A DNA stretch of 64,000 bases, from IMG/VR virus record IMGVR_UViG_3300037473_000389, positions 429 to 64,428 of that record. One strand, given 5' to 3'. This DNA is from a virus. Position 1 is the first letter of the stretch. Each line of letters opens with the position of its first letter. The notes below the pieces were generated by a model that saw only the letters and a program-made list of their open reading frames with translations, had not been told where the DNA came from and ran no database searches. The translations under genes and the position numbers were made by a program. This document shows, piece by piece, positions 50,426 through 59,895 of the stretch.

Positions 50426-51363
50426 GCACCGATCCTTATCTTGGCAATGTCCCAGGAACTCTGGATCTTCCTGGAAATGGCGAGACGACTGGCAAACCCG
50501 TCCTTCCCAAGCTCGGCCGGATCCTCGTCTCCCGAAAACTTGACCACACGCGGAGATATCCCGTAGTCCAAGAAGTTCTCCACGAGCTTGAGCTGTTTCT
50601 TCGAGGCGTCAGCGTCCAGGGCGATGACTACGTCACAGTTTTCCACGACGATCTTTTGAAAGAGCTGTGATTCCTCGTTGAGTCTCACGCCCTGTAAGGG
50701 AACCGCGTTTGTGCCCGCGGCCATGGCATCGAACGGGCCCTCGACCAATACGATCGTCTCTTTCCAATCGACAAGATACTCGTTGAATATGACATCCTTG
50801 TCGTAGTTTCCGCCGTTCTTGTACCTGGCTTGACTCGGGATATCATCGTAGATGTAGCGCGATGTGACGAAATTGAGATCACCGTAGGCGTCGAACGATG
50901 GGAATATCACCCTGTTCTTAAACTGCCCGTCCTCCACATACCCGAGCCTGTAGAGCAATATGTCATCGTCGGTCAAACCTCTTTCGTACAGGTACTTGAG
51001 GAAGGCAGGTCGAAAGAAAGATCGCGATGAACGTGAGAGGGGTTTGAAACCCGACGGCAGCTGGGGCTTGTCGTACTGACGTTCCGCTCTCTTGCGGAGC
51101 CGGCCACCCTCCTCGCCCATGTATTCCCTGGCGGCGTTTGGATCAGCCAGCCGGATGAGAGGGTAGAGGCTCTTCGAGGCGAAACCACACGACCAGCAAT
51201 TGAACCAATCGCATTCAAGATTCACGCTCAGCTGTCCGACGGTCCTCCCGGCCGAATGTCCGTGTTTCGGACAGAAGAATACCACCTCATCCCTCTTCGT
51301 CAGTGTCTCGTGTCCGAGAGCCCTCCGAAGAAGACCAAGTTTCCACTCCCTACTTTTTGGCAC
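50422..51363 (-). CDS. DNA primase (Zn finger plus TOPRIM)
   Basis: CPKH...CWSC; RVIFP; VLVEGPFDA; LDADA; DPAE. Confidence 0.9.
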   Translation of the reverse strand: MPKSREWKLGLLRRALGHETLTKRDEVVFFCPKHGHSAGRTVGQLSVNLECDWFNCWSCGFASKSLYPLIRLADPNAAREYMGEEGGRLRKRAERQYDKPQLPSGFKPLSRSSRSFFRPAFLKYLYERGLTDDDILLYRLGYVEDGQFKNRVIFPSFDAYGDLNFVTSRYIYDDIPSQARYKNGGNYDKDVIFNEYLVDWKETIVLVEGPFDAMAAGTNAVPLQGVRLNEESQLFQKIVVENCDVVIALDADASKKQLKLVENFLDYGISPRVVKFSGDEDPAELGKDGFASRLAISRKIQSSWDIAKIRIGA

Positions 51364-51928
51364 CCTTTAAATATTTGGCAAAACCCGCGTAAGCCGTTAT
51401 GAACGCATCGGCCTGATCGAAGCAGTATGGCTGGGGATTATCGTTTCGGTTCGTGACATACGGAAAGGCTGGACAGCGTGCCCTGACGAAATCAAGGGTG
51501 AGTTCCTTCTTGTTCCCGCCTTTCGGAATCACCAGGCCCTCTTTTTTCATGAGGGCCTTGACAGTCGAGGGGTGGACATGCACAAGACTATCTCCACGGC
51601 AGTGGGCCTCTTCTGTGGATATCTGCTGATGGATCATCCACGAGACCATGGCGTTGAAGGCCCCAAGTTTCATGATGGTGCCAGCGTTGGAACCTCCTCC
51701 CATGCCAGAGAGCTTGTCCTCCACGAAATGAGTACCAAGATCATGGTGCGTCTTGTGGATCGTCTCGAATCGAACGAAATCGTAGGCCCGATCGGCCTTC
51801 GCGTTCAACCCGTCGATGTCCCTGAGGTCACAGTAGCTGCTGGATAGGAAGGTTCCCTCTGAATCGAGGACGGCAAAACCGATGATCGCCGTGGAGATGT
51901 CCCACCCAAAGATCTTCTCACATGTCAA
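51350..51928 (-). CDS. RuvC-like Holliday junction resolvase
   Basis: FGWDISTAIIGFAV, FVEDKL, HPSTVKA, DQADAFITA; start uncertain (TTG at 51928). Confidence 0.8.
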   Translation of the reverse strand: MTCEKIFGWDISTAIIGFAVLDSEGTFLSSSYCDLRDIDGLNAKADRAYDFVRFETIHKTHHDLGTHFVEDKLSGMGGGSNAGTIMKLGAFNAMVSWMIHQQISTEEAHCRGDSLVHVHPSTVKALMKKEGLVIPKGGNKKELTLDFVRARCPAFPYVTNRNDNPQPYCFDQADAFITAYAGFAKYLKGAKK

Positions 51929-53777
51929 AGCGGAGTCTGATGTCAAGTTTTCCACGCTTTCTGATCGGCTGGGCGAGCTTCGCCACCGCCACCAATCTAT
52001 GCTCGTCGTCATACAACCCGACGGCCGTGATCCACGTATCCCGCCCGGGATTGTTTATCTCGTGCTTCCCGGTGTCGTCGTTGAGTGAAGAGAAGGTCGG
52101 GTTGCTTGAGGCATTCGCCTCTCCGGCAGGGACACGACACATGAACGTTCGAGTGGATATACGTTCCAGACCACTGAAACTGACCTGCAACGTATCGTTC
52201 GGCTTGGCGGTATCCAAGTTGATCGAACCGAAATCAAGCAACGATGGGTCCGTCAGCACCACGAGCCCCTCGGAGTAAAACACATTGCCCACCTTCCGCC
52301 AAGTCACACCACCATATTCCTCACCGGAGATGGCCCTACAGATGCTCCCCGACAGGTACAGGCTCCCCCGGCCATCGTCCACCAACACCCGGATCAGCCC
52401 CTGGTTCGAATAGGCATGGCACTCCATCCGGATCGAGCCCGTGGCGATCTGGCGACCGTAGAACATGCTCGGAACGTGCAGCACCCGGAGCATCGTGACC
52501 TCGTCGTCGATACTCGTCTTGGTGGTCACGTAGTTGGGATTGTCGTTCGGTTGCCAGAGAGGGACAGCGGGAAGCCTGGCCTGAAAGTTCATGAACTGAC
52601 CCTGGGCCACGGTGCCACTGGGATCGAGGACAGGAGAGTAGTTGAAGGCCCCAGACCCCATCGAGAAACCGTGTCTCGTCGAGAGGGGACCGTCATTGAA
52701 TCTCAGGTAGATCGGAAGGTCGGCAGAACCGCTGTTGAACACGGAGGTGTTGTAGCTGGCGCTTATGTCGGCGCTAGACAGGGCTCTGTTCCATGTACGG
52801 ACATCGAAGATGAACCCCTCGTACCCACTTCCGCCCTTTCCTCCAGAGCTGAGCTGCAGGATTCCAAGATCGGCTCCGACATAGAAGTTGTCTACGCTTG
52901 CCGAGGTCCCAGGATGCGCGGCGACGGAGTGTGACGCGGTCGCGGCGAGCACTCCGTTGTAGTAGAAGCTAGCGCTGGCAGCAGAACCTGACGCCACGAC
53001 CACCGAGAGGTGCTGCCACACTCCCTTCTGGGGGACGATCGAAGAGACAACCACGGCGTTTTCGTTATCGGAGAAGGCGATCGTCCCCGAGGAACCGGTC
53101 ATGAATACGCGCCAGTACGTGTTGTCCTTGGCCACAAGGGTCGCGTGTTCGTTCCCGAGCTGGTTGTCAGAGCCCGTGAAGGATGTCAGGAGCGGTTTGA
53201 ACCACACCTGCAGTGTGTGGCTGCCCGTAAACATGATGTTGCTGCGGTTCGTGACGGCTACGAAGGAAGAGGTCGCAGCATACACGTCAGGATACGAGTA
53301 CCTCTTGAAATAGAGGGAGTAATAGTCGTATGATCCGGTGAAGTACTGGGTGTTGAATCTGTTGTAGTAGTCGAAACTCAGGACGATCGGATCGAAGTGT
53401 TCCTTGTACCAATCGTCAGCCGTGATGAGGGTGCTCTTATTGTAGAGGAAGGGATCGATCGCCGAAAGATCTTCGATGTTCTTCTTCCGACACTTGACGA
53501 AGTGCACAGATCCCGTGCTCGGATAAGATCCAGAAACATAGATGACCCGATCGATCGAGTGGGTGTCCACGGCATCAAGCGGATAGACCTCAACTCCGTG
53601 TCCCGAACCAGCAAACACGTCGTTCCGACCACGCACTCCTTCATACAGACTGAGAGAAGACGAGGCTCCGACGTTCCCCCGCCAACCCGCCGTGCCGGAA
53701 GTCATGATGATCCTGGGGCTCGCGCTGATCAGCGAGTACAGGAGATCGTAATCTTCGAACTTGTGGTAGACCGACAC
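51918..53777 (-). CDS. Virion protein with a LamG/concanavalin-like domain and a tail-collar-like C-terminal domain
   Basis: TLQVWFKP, WQHLSVV, FYYNG, GFIFDVRTWNRALS; TWITAVGLYDDEHRLVAVAKLAQP. Confidence 0.75.
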   Translation of the reverse strand: MSVYHKFEDYDLLYSLISASPRIIMTSGTAGWRGNVGASSSLSLYEGVRGRNDVFAGSGHGVEVYPLDAVDTHSIDRVIYVSGSYPSTGSVHFVKCRKKNIEDLSAIDPFLYNKSTLITADDWYKEHFDPIVLSFDYYNRFNTQYFTGSYDYYSLYFKRYSYPDVYAATSSFVAVTNRSNIMFTGSHTLQVWFKPLLTSFTGSDNQLGNEHATLVAKDNTYWRVFMTGSSGTIAFSDNENAVVVSSIVPQKGVWQHLSVVVASGSAASASFYYNGVLAATASHSVAAHPGTSASVDNFYVGADLGILQLSSGGKGGSGYEGFIFDVRTWNRALSSADISASYNTSVFNSGSADLPIYLRFNDGPLSTRHGFSMGSGAFNYSPVLDPSGTVAQGQFMNFQARLPAVPLWQPNDNPNYVTTKTSIDDEVTMLRVLHVPSMFYGRQIATGSIRMECHAYSNQGLIRVLVDDGRGSLYLSGSICRAISGEEYGGVTWRKVGNVFYSEGLVVLTDPSLLDFGSINLDTAKPNDTLQVSFSGLERISTRTFMCRVPAGEANASSNPTFSSLNDDTGKHEINNPGRDTWITAVGLYDDEHRLVAVAKLAQPIRKRGKLDIRLRFDM

Positions 53778-53789
53778 CTCGGCCTCCGA

Positions 53790-54782
53790 TCAGTAGTCGA
53801 GCCTGACCCTGAAGACTGACTCGTTGTCCGGCGACTTCGTGATAGGCTTGTTCACCTTGGCGACGGCGAGGAGGTTGTCGTTCGGATCGTAGAGCCCGAT
53901 CGTGGTGATGTAGGTCCTCGTCTGCAGGATGTTGGATCCCGATGTGACCCGGATGCGCTTGTTGCTGTCGACGAAGGTCGGGTTGCTTGAGTAGTTGAAC
54001 TCTTGGTTGGTCGCGCGACAGAAATAGACTGTCGAGTAGAGGTTCGTCTGGTTGTGGAAGCTGAAGTTCTCCACATGACGACGAAGACCATCGACCAGCT
54101 GGTTGATCGTTCCAGAAGATTGGGCCTGGAATAGCGTGACAGAACCCGACCACGTGGGAAGAGTGGGGTACCCGAGGTTGTCTGGGATGACGATGATTCC
54201 CGCCTGGTACCACACCTGACCGACCTCAGAACCGGTGCCACTGAACTTCAGTGGTGCGTAGTCTCCACCCACGGTCTGCTTGAATCCCGTGACCGCGCCG
54301 TTGTCCGATCCCGTGATCTGTCCGGTTCCCTGGTTGAGGATGATCGAGACCGATCCCTTCTTGACCTCGTCCTTCATCAAATTTCGCTTGATCATGATGA
54401 AGAAACACTCGGGCTGCGAAGAGTTGTTCACCGTGAAGGTGGCATCTGGATCACCCAGAAGGGCCGAAGCCATCTGGCGATAGATCTTGATCTTCTCCGA
54501 GAACGATGAAGTCGAGGTGACAGAGACGTTGAACGACGAACCCGTCGAGAACCCGTAGGTCATGTCGAACAGGGGGGTCGACAACGAAGATGTCGGAGAG
54601 GAATCGTATACCGTCTCGAAGTAGCCGCCGAGGTCAAAGCCCGCCGAGGCAGACGAGATGTTCTTGTAGAACTTGATGTTCAGGTCGTTTGAGAACAACG
54701 ACGAGGAGACGTACACGACCTCGTTGATCGCCGAAACGACCGAGGCGACATCCTGTGCTAGATCAAATTGCTTATAGCTCAT
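53790..54782 (-). CDS. Virion protein, C-terminal paralog of 51918..53777
   Basis: YFCRA...FNYSSNPTF...TYITTIGLYDPNDNLLAVAKVNKP. Confidence 0.75.
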   Translation of the reverse strand: MSYKQFDLAQDVASVVSAINEVVYVSSSLFSNDLNIKFYKNISSASAGFDLGGYFETVYDSSPTSSLSTPLFDMTYGFSTGSSFNVSVTSTSSFSEKIKIYRQMASALLGDPDATFTVNNSSQPECFFIMIKRNLMKDEVKKGSVSIILNQGTGQITGSDNGAVTGFKQTVGGDYAPLKFSGTGSEVGQVWYQAGIIVIPDNLGYPTLPTWSGSVTLFQAQSSGTINQLVDGLRRHVENFSFHNQTNLYSTVYFCRATNQEFNYSSNPTFVDSNKRIRVTSGSNILQTRTYITTIGLYDPNDNLLAVAKVNKPITKSPDNESVFRVRLDY

Positions 54783-54798
54783 TGGATTCCTTCACCTA

Positions 54799-55515
54799 TC
54801 ACGAAGTCGCAAACTCAGTGATCGTCACGGGGATCTTGATGTTGAGACCCGACTGCTGTCCCTGGACGATGACATTCGTCGTGATCTGCCGCGGCTTGGC
54901 CACGTTGACACCGACCAGGGTATCGAAGACCTCAGTGGTGAGAGATTGCACACGTACATTGAACTTGCACTCGGTTCCACCGGCGGCCGTCTGGAATCCC
55001 GGCTCGGCAGGGACGATGTACCGGGCTGTCCCGAACGGAGTGATCGACACGGGAGTCTCACCCGTGACGAAGATCAGATCGTTGTCGAGATCGATCGAGT
55101 AGTTCACGTCGATGATCTCGGCTGGAAGGACCGTCTGGGCTCTCGCGATCTCTTGGCTGATCGTCAAATCCACACCACCGCCGACCGAGTCGACCTGTTC
55201 CCGGAGGCTGACCGAGCTCGGCTTGGCCACCATCTGGGGCAGGTATTGCAACCTGGCGTTTCGGATCGTGACCAGCGGAGAGCGCAGGGCCACGACCTCA
55301 TTAGTGAATGCCTCGAAGATCGGAGTGTCGAGGATCTTGCGGTCCTTGCTGTCCGAACCGGTCAGCTCGTTCCAGTTTCGATAATCGATCTCATCGTCAC
55401 CGACACGAAAACGGACGATCGCGAAGCTACCATCGTTGCGGGCCAGTTTCTCACGACCGAGGTCCGTGAGGACCGCATCTATGAAAATTTCCCCGCTGTT
55501 GTCTTGGAATCCCAT
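54799..55515 (-). CDS. Baseplate/collar-type virion protein
   Basis: MGFQDNS...IDAVLTDLGREKLA...F..GDDEIDY. Confidence 0.7.
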   Translation of the reverse strand: MGFQDNSGEIFIDAVLTDLGREKLARNDGSFAIVRFRVGDDEIDYRNWNELTGSDSKDRKILDTPIFEAFTNEVVALRSPLVTIRNARLQYLPQMVAKPSSVSLREQVDSVGGGVDLTISQEIARAQTVLPAEIIDVNYSIDLDNDLIFVTGETPVSITPFGTARYIVPAEPGFQTAAGGTECKFNVRVQSLTTEVFDTLVGVNVAKPRQITTNVIVQGQQSGLNIKIPVTITEFATS

Positions 55516-55521
55516 CGTTTT

Positions 55522-55528
55522 CTAAGTA
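55522..55528 (-). promoter_or_regulatory. TACTTAG putative late promoter
   Basis: Intergenic, 6 nt from the ATG at 55515. Confidence 0.55.
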
Positions 55529-55552
55529 GCCTCTACCTTGAAGTTTTGAACC

Positions 55553-57862
55553 TTACCGCACGTTGCCCGGGAGGAAATTCGAGCGCGAAGCGACCGCCCC
55601 GTTGCTTCCGAGCTCTTTTTCCCCAGAAGCTGGGGCCTGCACCGCCATCGAGGCCACGGATCCTGTCTTCTTTGAGACCGGTCTGGTGGTCATCGGTATG
55701 TAGACGTTGAAAGGAATCTTGGCCACGACCGTCGGGCGATTATCATATGTGATGTCCACCCTGAAATCTGCCCTCTCCCCGGTCTCCAGGGATTCCACAC
55801 GTACGATATAAAAGCCCGGAATCATGGCTCTGTTTCCGATCGTGTTCCTTCCAGAGAGCGTGAACTCGTCCGCCACCACGATCTCTCCCTTGAACTTACG
55901 ATGGGGAATGACCGAGAAGCACCCGTGGTTTTCAAGCCGCACTCCGGCTTGGGACAGTTGCTCTACTGGAAATTCCCCGAAGGTCCTGAAGTCGTCGTTG
56001 AGCCTTCCGGCCATCTGCTCAGAGAGTGTCGAGTACTCCCAGTGACGTGACAGGCATTGGGCAGCGTAGACATACCTCACTCCCCCGTTCTTCTGGAACG
56101 GGAGGACGTCGAGATCCTCATAGTAGACGTTCCGAGGACCGTAGTCCGGGCCGAGCTGCTGCCATCCAGATATATCCTGGCCATCGGGCCCGACCAGTTT
56201 ACGAAACAACCTCAGGATGAAGATGTCCCGCTGCGGGTTGTACGGCATCCTGAAAGAGATCGTTATCTTTCCCTTGGCCGAATCTGGTCGCACTGTCAGT
56301 TCGTCAGGTGGCGCCGGCGGGACGGTATCTACGATCGTCCCATACGTCCACTTCTTGGACCACTCTCCCGCAAAGTATGAGCTTTGGTAGGCCGAGAGCG
56401 TCCTGGCCTGCGTCGACAACGCGAGGACATCGTACGGGACCTTTCCCTCGACTCCCACGTCCTTATGACGGGTCCAACGGATGATGGCGCGGATGCGGTA
56501 CCTGTATACTCCGCCGTAGACGACACGTGTGTCGACGTACTCGTTGTACTCCCTGTTGTCGAGATCGATCGTCTGGACCAGTTCAAAGACTCCGGATTGG
56601 TTGCGACGGTACTTCTCGATGATATACCCCACGTATTCCAGTGGAGGAAGGCCAGGCGGAGAAGGAAACGAGGGGACAGAAACCTGCCGTGGGGCCTGGG
56701 TGAGTCCCGACTTCGAGATCACCTCCAGATTCGGAAGGAATTGGGCCACGGCCGCCGTGGATTCGGCGTGTTCAGGGGCCGCGATGTGGTTGACCTTCTC
56801 TTCAGAGATGATCCCCGCGATGCTTGGGTTGACGAAACGGACCCTGGCCTGCACGTCCCTGTCGACCTGCCTGGCAGGCACAGCCTCCTGAAACTTGGAG
56901 ATCATGTTGAGGACATTGTCCACCGGGACCGGCTCGTTGGAGTTCGCGGTCCTCGCGGCGAAGGAGATGTTCGGTCCATCCGAAGCAAGCGATTGGACCC
57001 GCATGATGCCCTCATCGATGGGACGAGAGACCGAGAACTGTCCGTCAAACAGGACGGCACGTTCAGCCTGGATATCCGCAGACATGCTGGCGGCGGCGAT
57101 TCGAGCCGAGTTGACCATCCCGTTGGTCATGCTATGCACGTTGGCCTTCAGCTCGTGTATCGATACTCCCACGGTGTCGGGATGGGTGAGAAAAGACTCC
57201 TCATCGATGTAGTGCGCGGCCTCGTCGTGATGGATGTCGTCTTGGATGTCAGTGTTCTGGAGGGGAAGTTCGGCCACCGCGTGCAGGACCCCGGGAGAAA
57301 CATAGAAATTTCCGACCGAGTTCTTGATCAGGCTAAAGTTCTTCAGGTGCTCTGGGTCGAAGGCGATCCCCTTCTGGATGATCGCGTTCTTCCTGTCGAT
57401 CTCCGTCGAGAACTGGACCGGTCGCTGGTCCCTTTTCCCGGCGGCGGGAACACTGGTGACAGAGGTGTCACGAAGCCTTGGGGCGGGTTCCCAGTAGAGA
57501 CGGACGTACCTGGGTATGTCGTCAAGGGCTCGGTCGCCCCTGTCTTCCGAATCATTTGTCTCTTCGTCCTCGGTCCAAAAGTTGTAGATCGGGTACGCCT
57601 CGATGTTGAGCTCGTGAAAGATCGTCTCGTATGGAGCGTACCCAGAATCCGCAGAGAAGACCTGTGGGGCGACGGTCGGTGTGACCGTGGGTTTCGGGGC
57701 GGAAGGCACGGGACGTCCCGGCAACGCTGGAGTGCCGAGGGAAGGCTGATCCACGTTGTTGACCGTGACGGTCTTGTTCCCCGGGAGCTTCTGCGTGCTC
57801 CCGGGATTGATCGCGGAGGTCGAATCGATGATCCCCAATCCGTCGTTGAAGAGCTTTCTCAT
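55553..57862 (-). CDS. Large virion protein with Fn3-like repeats
   Basis: VRLYWE, YIIEK, YVDTRVVYGGVYRYRIR, DTVPPAPP, YVYAAQ. Confidence 0.65.
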   Translation of the reverse strand: MRKLFNDGLGIIDSTSAINPGSTQKLPGNKTVTVNNVDQPSLGTPALPGRPVPSAPKPTVTPTVAPQVFSADSGYAPYETIFHELNIEAYPIYNFWTEDEETNDSEDRGDRALDDIPRYVRLYWEPAPRLRDTSVTSVPAAGKRDQRPVQFSTEIDRKNAIIQKGIAFDPEHLKNFSLIKNSVGNFYVSPGVLHAVAELPLQNTDIQDDIHHDEAAHYIDEESFLTHPDTVGVSIHELKANVHSMTNGMVNSARIAAASMSADIQAERAVLFDGQFSVSRPIDEGIMRVQSLASDGPNISFAARTANSNEPVPVDNVLNMISKFQEAVPARQVDRDVQARVRFVNPSIAGIISEEKVNHIAAPEHAESTAAVAQFLPNLEVISKSGLTQAPRQVSVPSFPSPPGLPPLEYVGYIIEKYRRNQSGVFELVQTIDLDNREYNEYVDTRVVYGGVYRYRIRAIIRWTRHKDVGVEGKVPYDVLALSTQARTLSAYQSSYFAGEWSKKWTYGTIVDTVPPAPPDELTVRPDSAKGKITISFRMPYNPQRDIFILRLFRKLVGPDGQDISGWQQLGPDYGPRNVYYEDLDVLPFQKNGGVRYVYAAQCLSRHWEYSTLSEQMAGRLNDDFRTFGEFPVEQLSQAGVRLENHGCFSVIPHRKFKGEIVVADEFTLSGRNTIGNRAMIPGFYIVRVESLETGERADFRVDITYDNRPTVVAKIPFNVYIPMTTRPVSKKTGSVASMAVQAPASGEKELGSNGAVASRSNFLPGNVR

Positions 57863-59895
57863 GGTCTTTGCTTCGGGTTCGGATTCAAGATCTTCCCAGG
57901 AACCCTATCAGGGATATCTACCTCATTGCTGGGGTTCTTTGCACCCTCTCCGTTCGGAGGGAAGCGATTTCCCGGCGGTGGCGGAGGGATGGTGATCGTG
58001 CCAGCTGGAGGAGGGAAAGTCCCCCGATCCATGGCGACAGAGGTACTGACTGAGCTTCCACGATCTGAACCGAAATCCGAGAACACACGGATCGTGCGGA
58101 CAAACTGGCTCAATCCATCGAACGTCGTCAGGTCAACGATTCCATCCTCTGGGGCGTCAAGCTGGATGAGAGATTGGATGTCTCCCTGCGCGGAAGAATC
58201 GTTCCCCGAATCGTCGAAGACGGGAACTGCGATCTCGGTCGTCTGGGACTGCACCCTTGGTTGGGTGTTGGAGACAGACGTTCCCTTGGCCGGAGAAGCA
58301 CCCTGGAGCAGTTGGGCGACGTTCGCTGAGAAAACCCTGATGTCTAGGGTGGCAGTCTCTGGATCTACCGCCGAGAGCACGGTAGCAAGCAGATTGCTGT
58401 CTCGAAGTCTCGTCGCCCCCGCCTTGAAGGCTTCCTCGGGACCAGGAGGATCCTTTCCCTCAAAGTAGAAGAGAGTTCCAGTCTCCTCGAGCAGCTCTCC
58501 GATCACTTGGGAAAGTCCAAACTGCGAGATGGCGTCTGTTACCCTCTTGGGTATGTCGTTGATGTCCCTTGGCACGAGGAATTTCCCCTGATCCATCTGT
58601 TGGAAGAGGAACGAGAGCTGCGCTCCGATGTACGAATAGCCACGTGATGTGGTCCGGTTGTCCGCCCGATTGATGGACGCACGGACATTCAGCCCGGCCA
58701 ATATCCAATCGTGTCGGCTGTCTCCCAGAAGAGCTCGAGCCAAGAACGGGTACGGGCTGATCGTATCCCCGCCGATCGGATTTCCCTCGATCGATCTCAT
58801 CTCATTCTGGATGGCGGCGCGCTGGGCGAGTGAGATGTTCGCCGGTGAAAAATCGACGTTGAAGATGGCGTTCGTTTCGGTGTTCTGGACCTGGTAGGCC
58901 TGGATCCTGTAGTTGTAGTATTCGTCTGGACGGACAGTCTTGTCGAGATACACGCAGATCGAGTCAAAGTTGATCTGATCGTAGAACGTCATGACCCACG
59001 TCCTCACGTAATCGCCTAGCTGATCCTTCTGGGCCTTGAGATCCGCGTTGGTAAGCGTGACCGAAACGTCATCGTTCGCGAATATGCCATGTCTCTTCAG
59101 GACGTATCCCGAGGCATCGGATATCCTCTGCCAACCGACGATCGCGCCGAGTGTTTGTCCAGACGGTGAATAGTCCAGACTGAACAGCATCTTAGGAACA
59201 CGCTTCCTGAAGTCGAGCGCCGCCAGGAGCTCCTGGGCCTTCTGCTGGGCTATCGCATCGGCATCGGGAAGATAACTCATGAGCCACGTGGCCGTCGAGT
59301 TGTTGTTTCCGAATCCGTTCAATCCCACCGCGACGTGGTTCAATTGAGCGGCGTCGAACGTCGACTTGCTCAGGTCTAGCTTCCCCTCTCTCTCGGCTTG
59401 CAGGAGCTGAGAATAGACGACGACGTCGGCCACCAGCTTGGTAGCCAGATCTGGCATCAACACGATCCCGAGGATGATCGGATTGAGGGCGGCTATCTGG
59501 GAGAACGGGTTGTTCGGAGGGGAGAAACCCGCGTTCTTGGCACGAGAGATGAACGCGGCTACCCTATCCATCGTATCGAAGACGTTGTTCCGGGCGGCGA
59601 GAGCGGCGTTCCTGATCGCAAAGTTCGTACCCTGAGCCGCGGGAGGAACCGCTGGATTAAGCGTCGAGCCCCACGGCGACCTCACAGAACTCGCCGGGGG
59701 TGGAACTGCCAACCCGACGTTCGACACACTCGGGGTGTTCGAGGGATTTCCGACAGCCTGGGCTGCACGGACACAGATCTCCATGTAGTTCTGATCCGCG
59801 ACATCTGGCGGGGGCCCTATCGTGTCCGATATGTCCCAGACGATCATCTGGTTTCTGCTCAGCCCGTTTGGTCTACCTGATAGCTGGGACATCAC
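57859..59895 (-). CDS. Large virion protein with an Fn3-like domain
   Basis: IVGWQ..SGYVLKR, YLDKTVRPDEYYNYRIQAY. Confidence 0.6.
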   Translation of the reverse strand: MMSQLSGRPNGLSRNQMIVWDISDTIGPPPDVADQNYMEICVRAAQAVGNPSNTPSVSNVGLAVPPPASSVRSPWGSTLNPAVPPAAQGTNFAIRNAALAARNNVFDTMDRVAAFISRAKNAGFSPPNNPFSQIAALNPIILGIVLMPDLATKLVADVVVYSQLLQAEREGKLDLSKSTFDAAQLNHVAVGLNGFGNNNSTATWLMSYLPDADAIAQQKAQELLAALDFRKRVPKMLFSLDYSPSGQTLGAIVGWQRISDASGYVLKRHGIFANDDVSVTLTNADLKAQKDQLGDYVRTWVMTFYDQINFDSICVYLDKTVRPDEYYNYRIQAYQVQNTETNAIFNVDFSPANISLAQRAAIQNEMRSIEGNPIGGDTISPYPFLARALLGDSRHDWILAGLNVRASINRADNRTTSRGYSYIGAQLSFLFQQMDQGKFLVPRDINDIPKRVTDAISQFGLSQVIGELLEETGTLFYFEGKDPPGPEEAFKAGATRLRDSNLLATVLSAVDPETATLDIRVFSANVAQLLQGASPAKGTSVSNTQPRVQSQTTEIAVPVFDDSGNDSSAQGDIQSLIQLDAPEDGIVDLTTFDGLSQFVRTIRVFSDFGSDRGSSVSTSVAMDRGTFPPPAGTITIPPPPPGNRFPPNGEGAKNPSNEVDIPDRVPGKILNPNPKQRP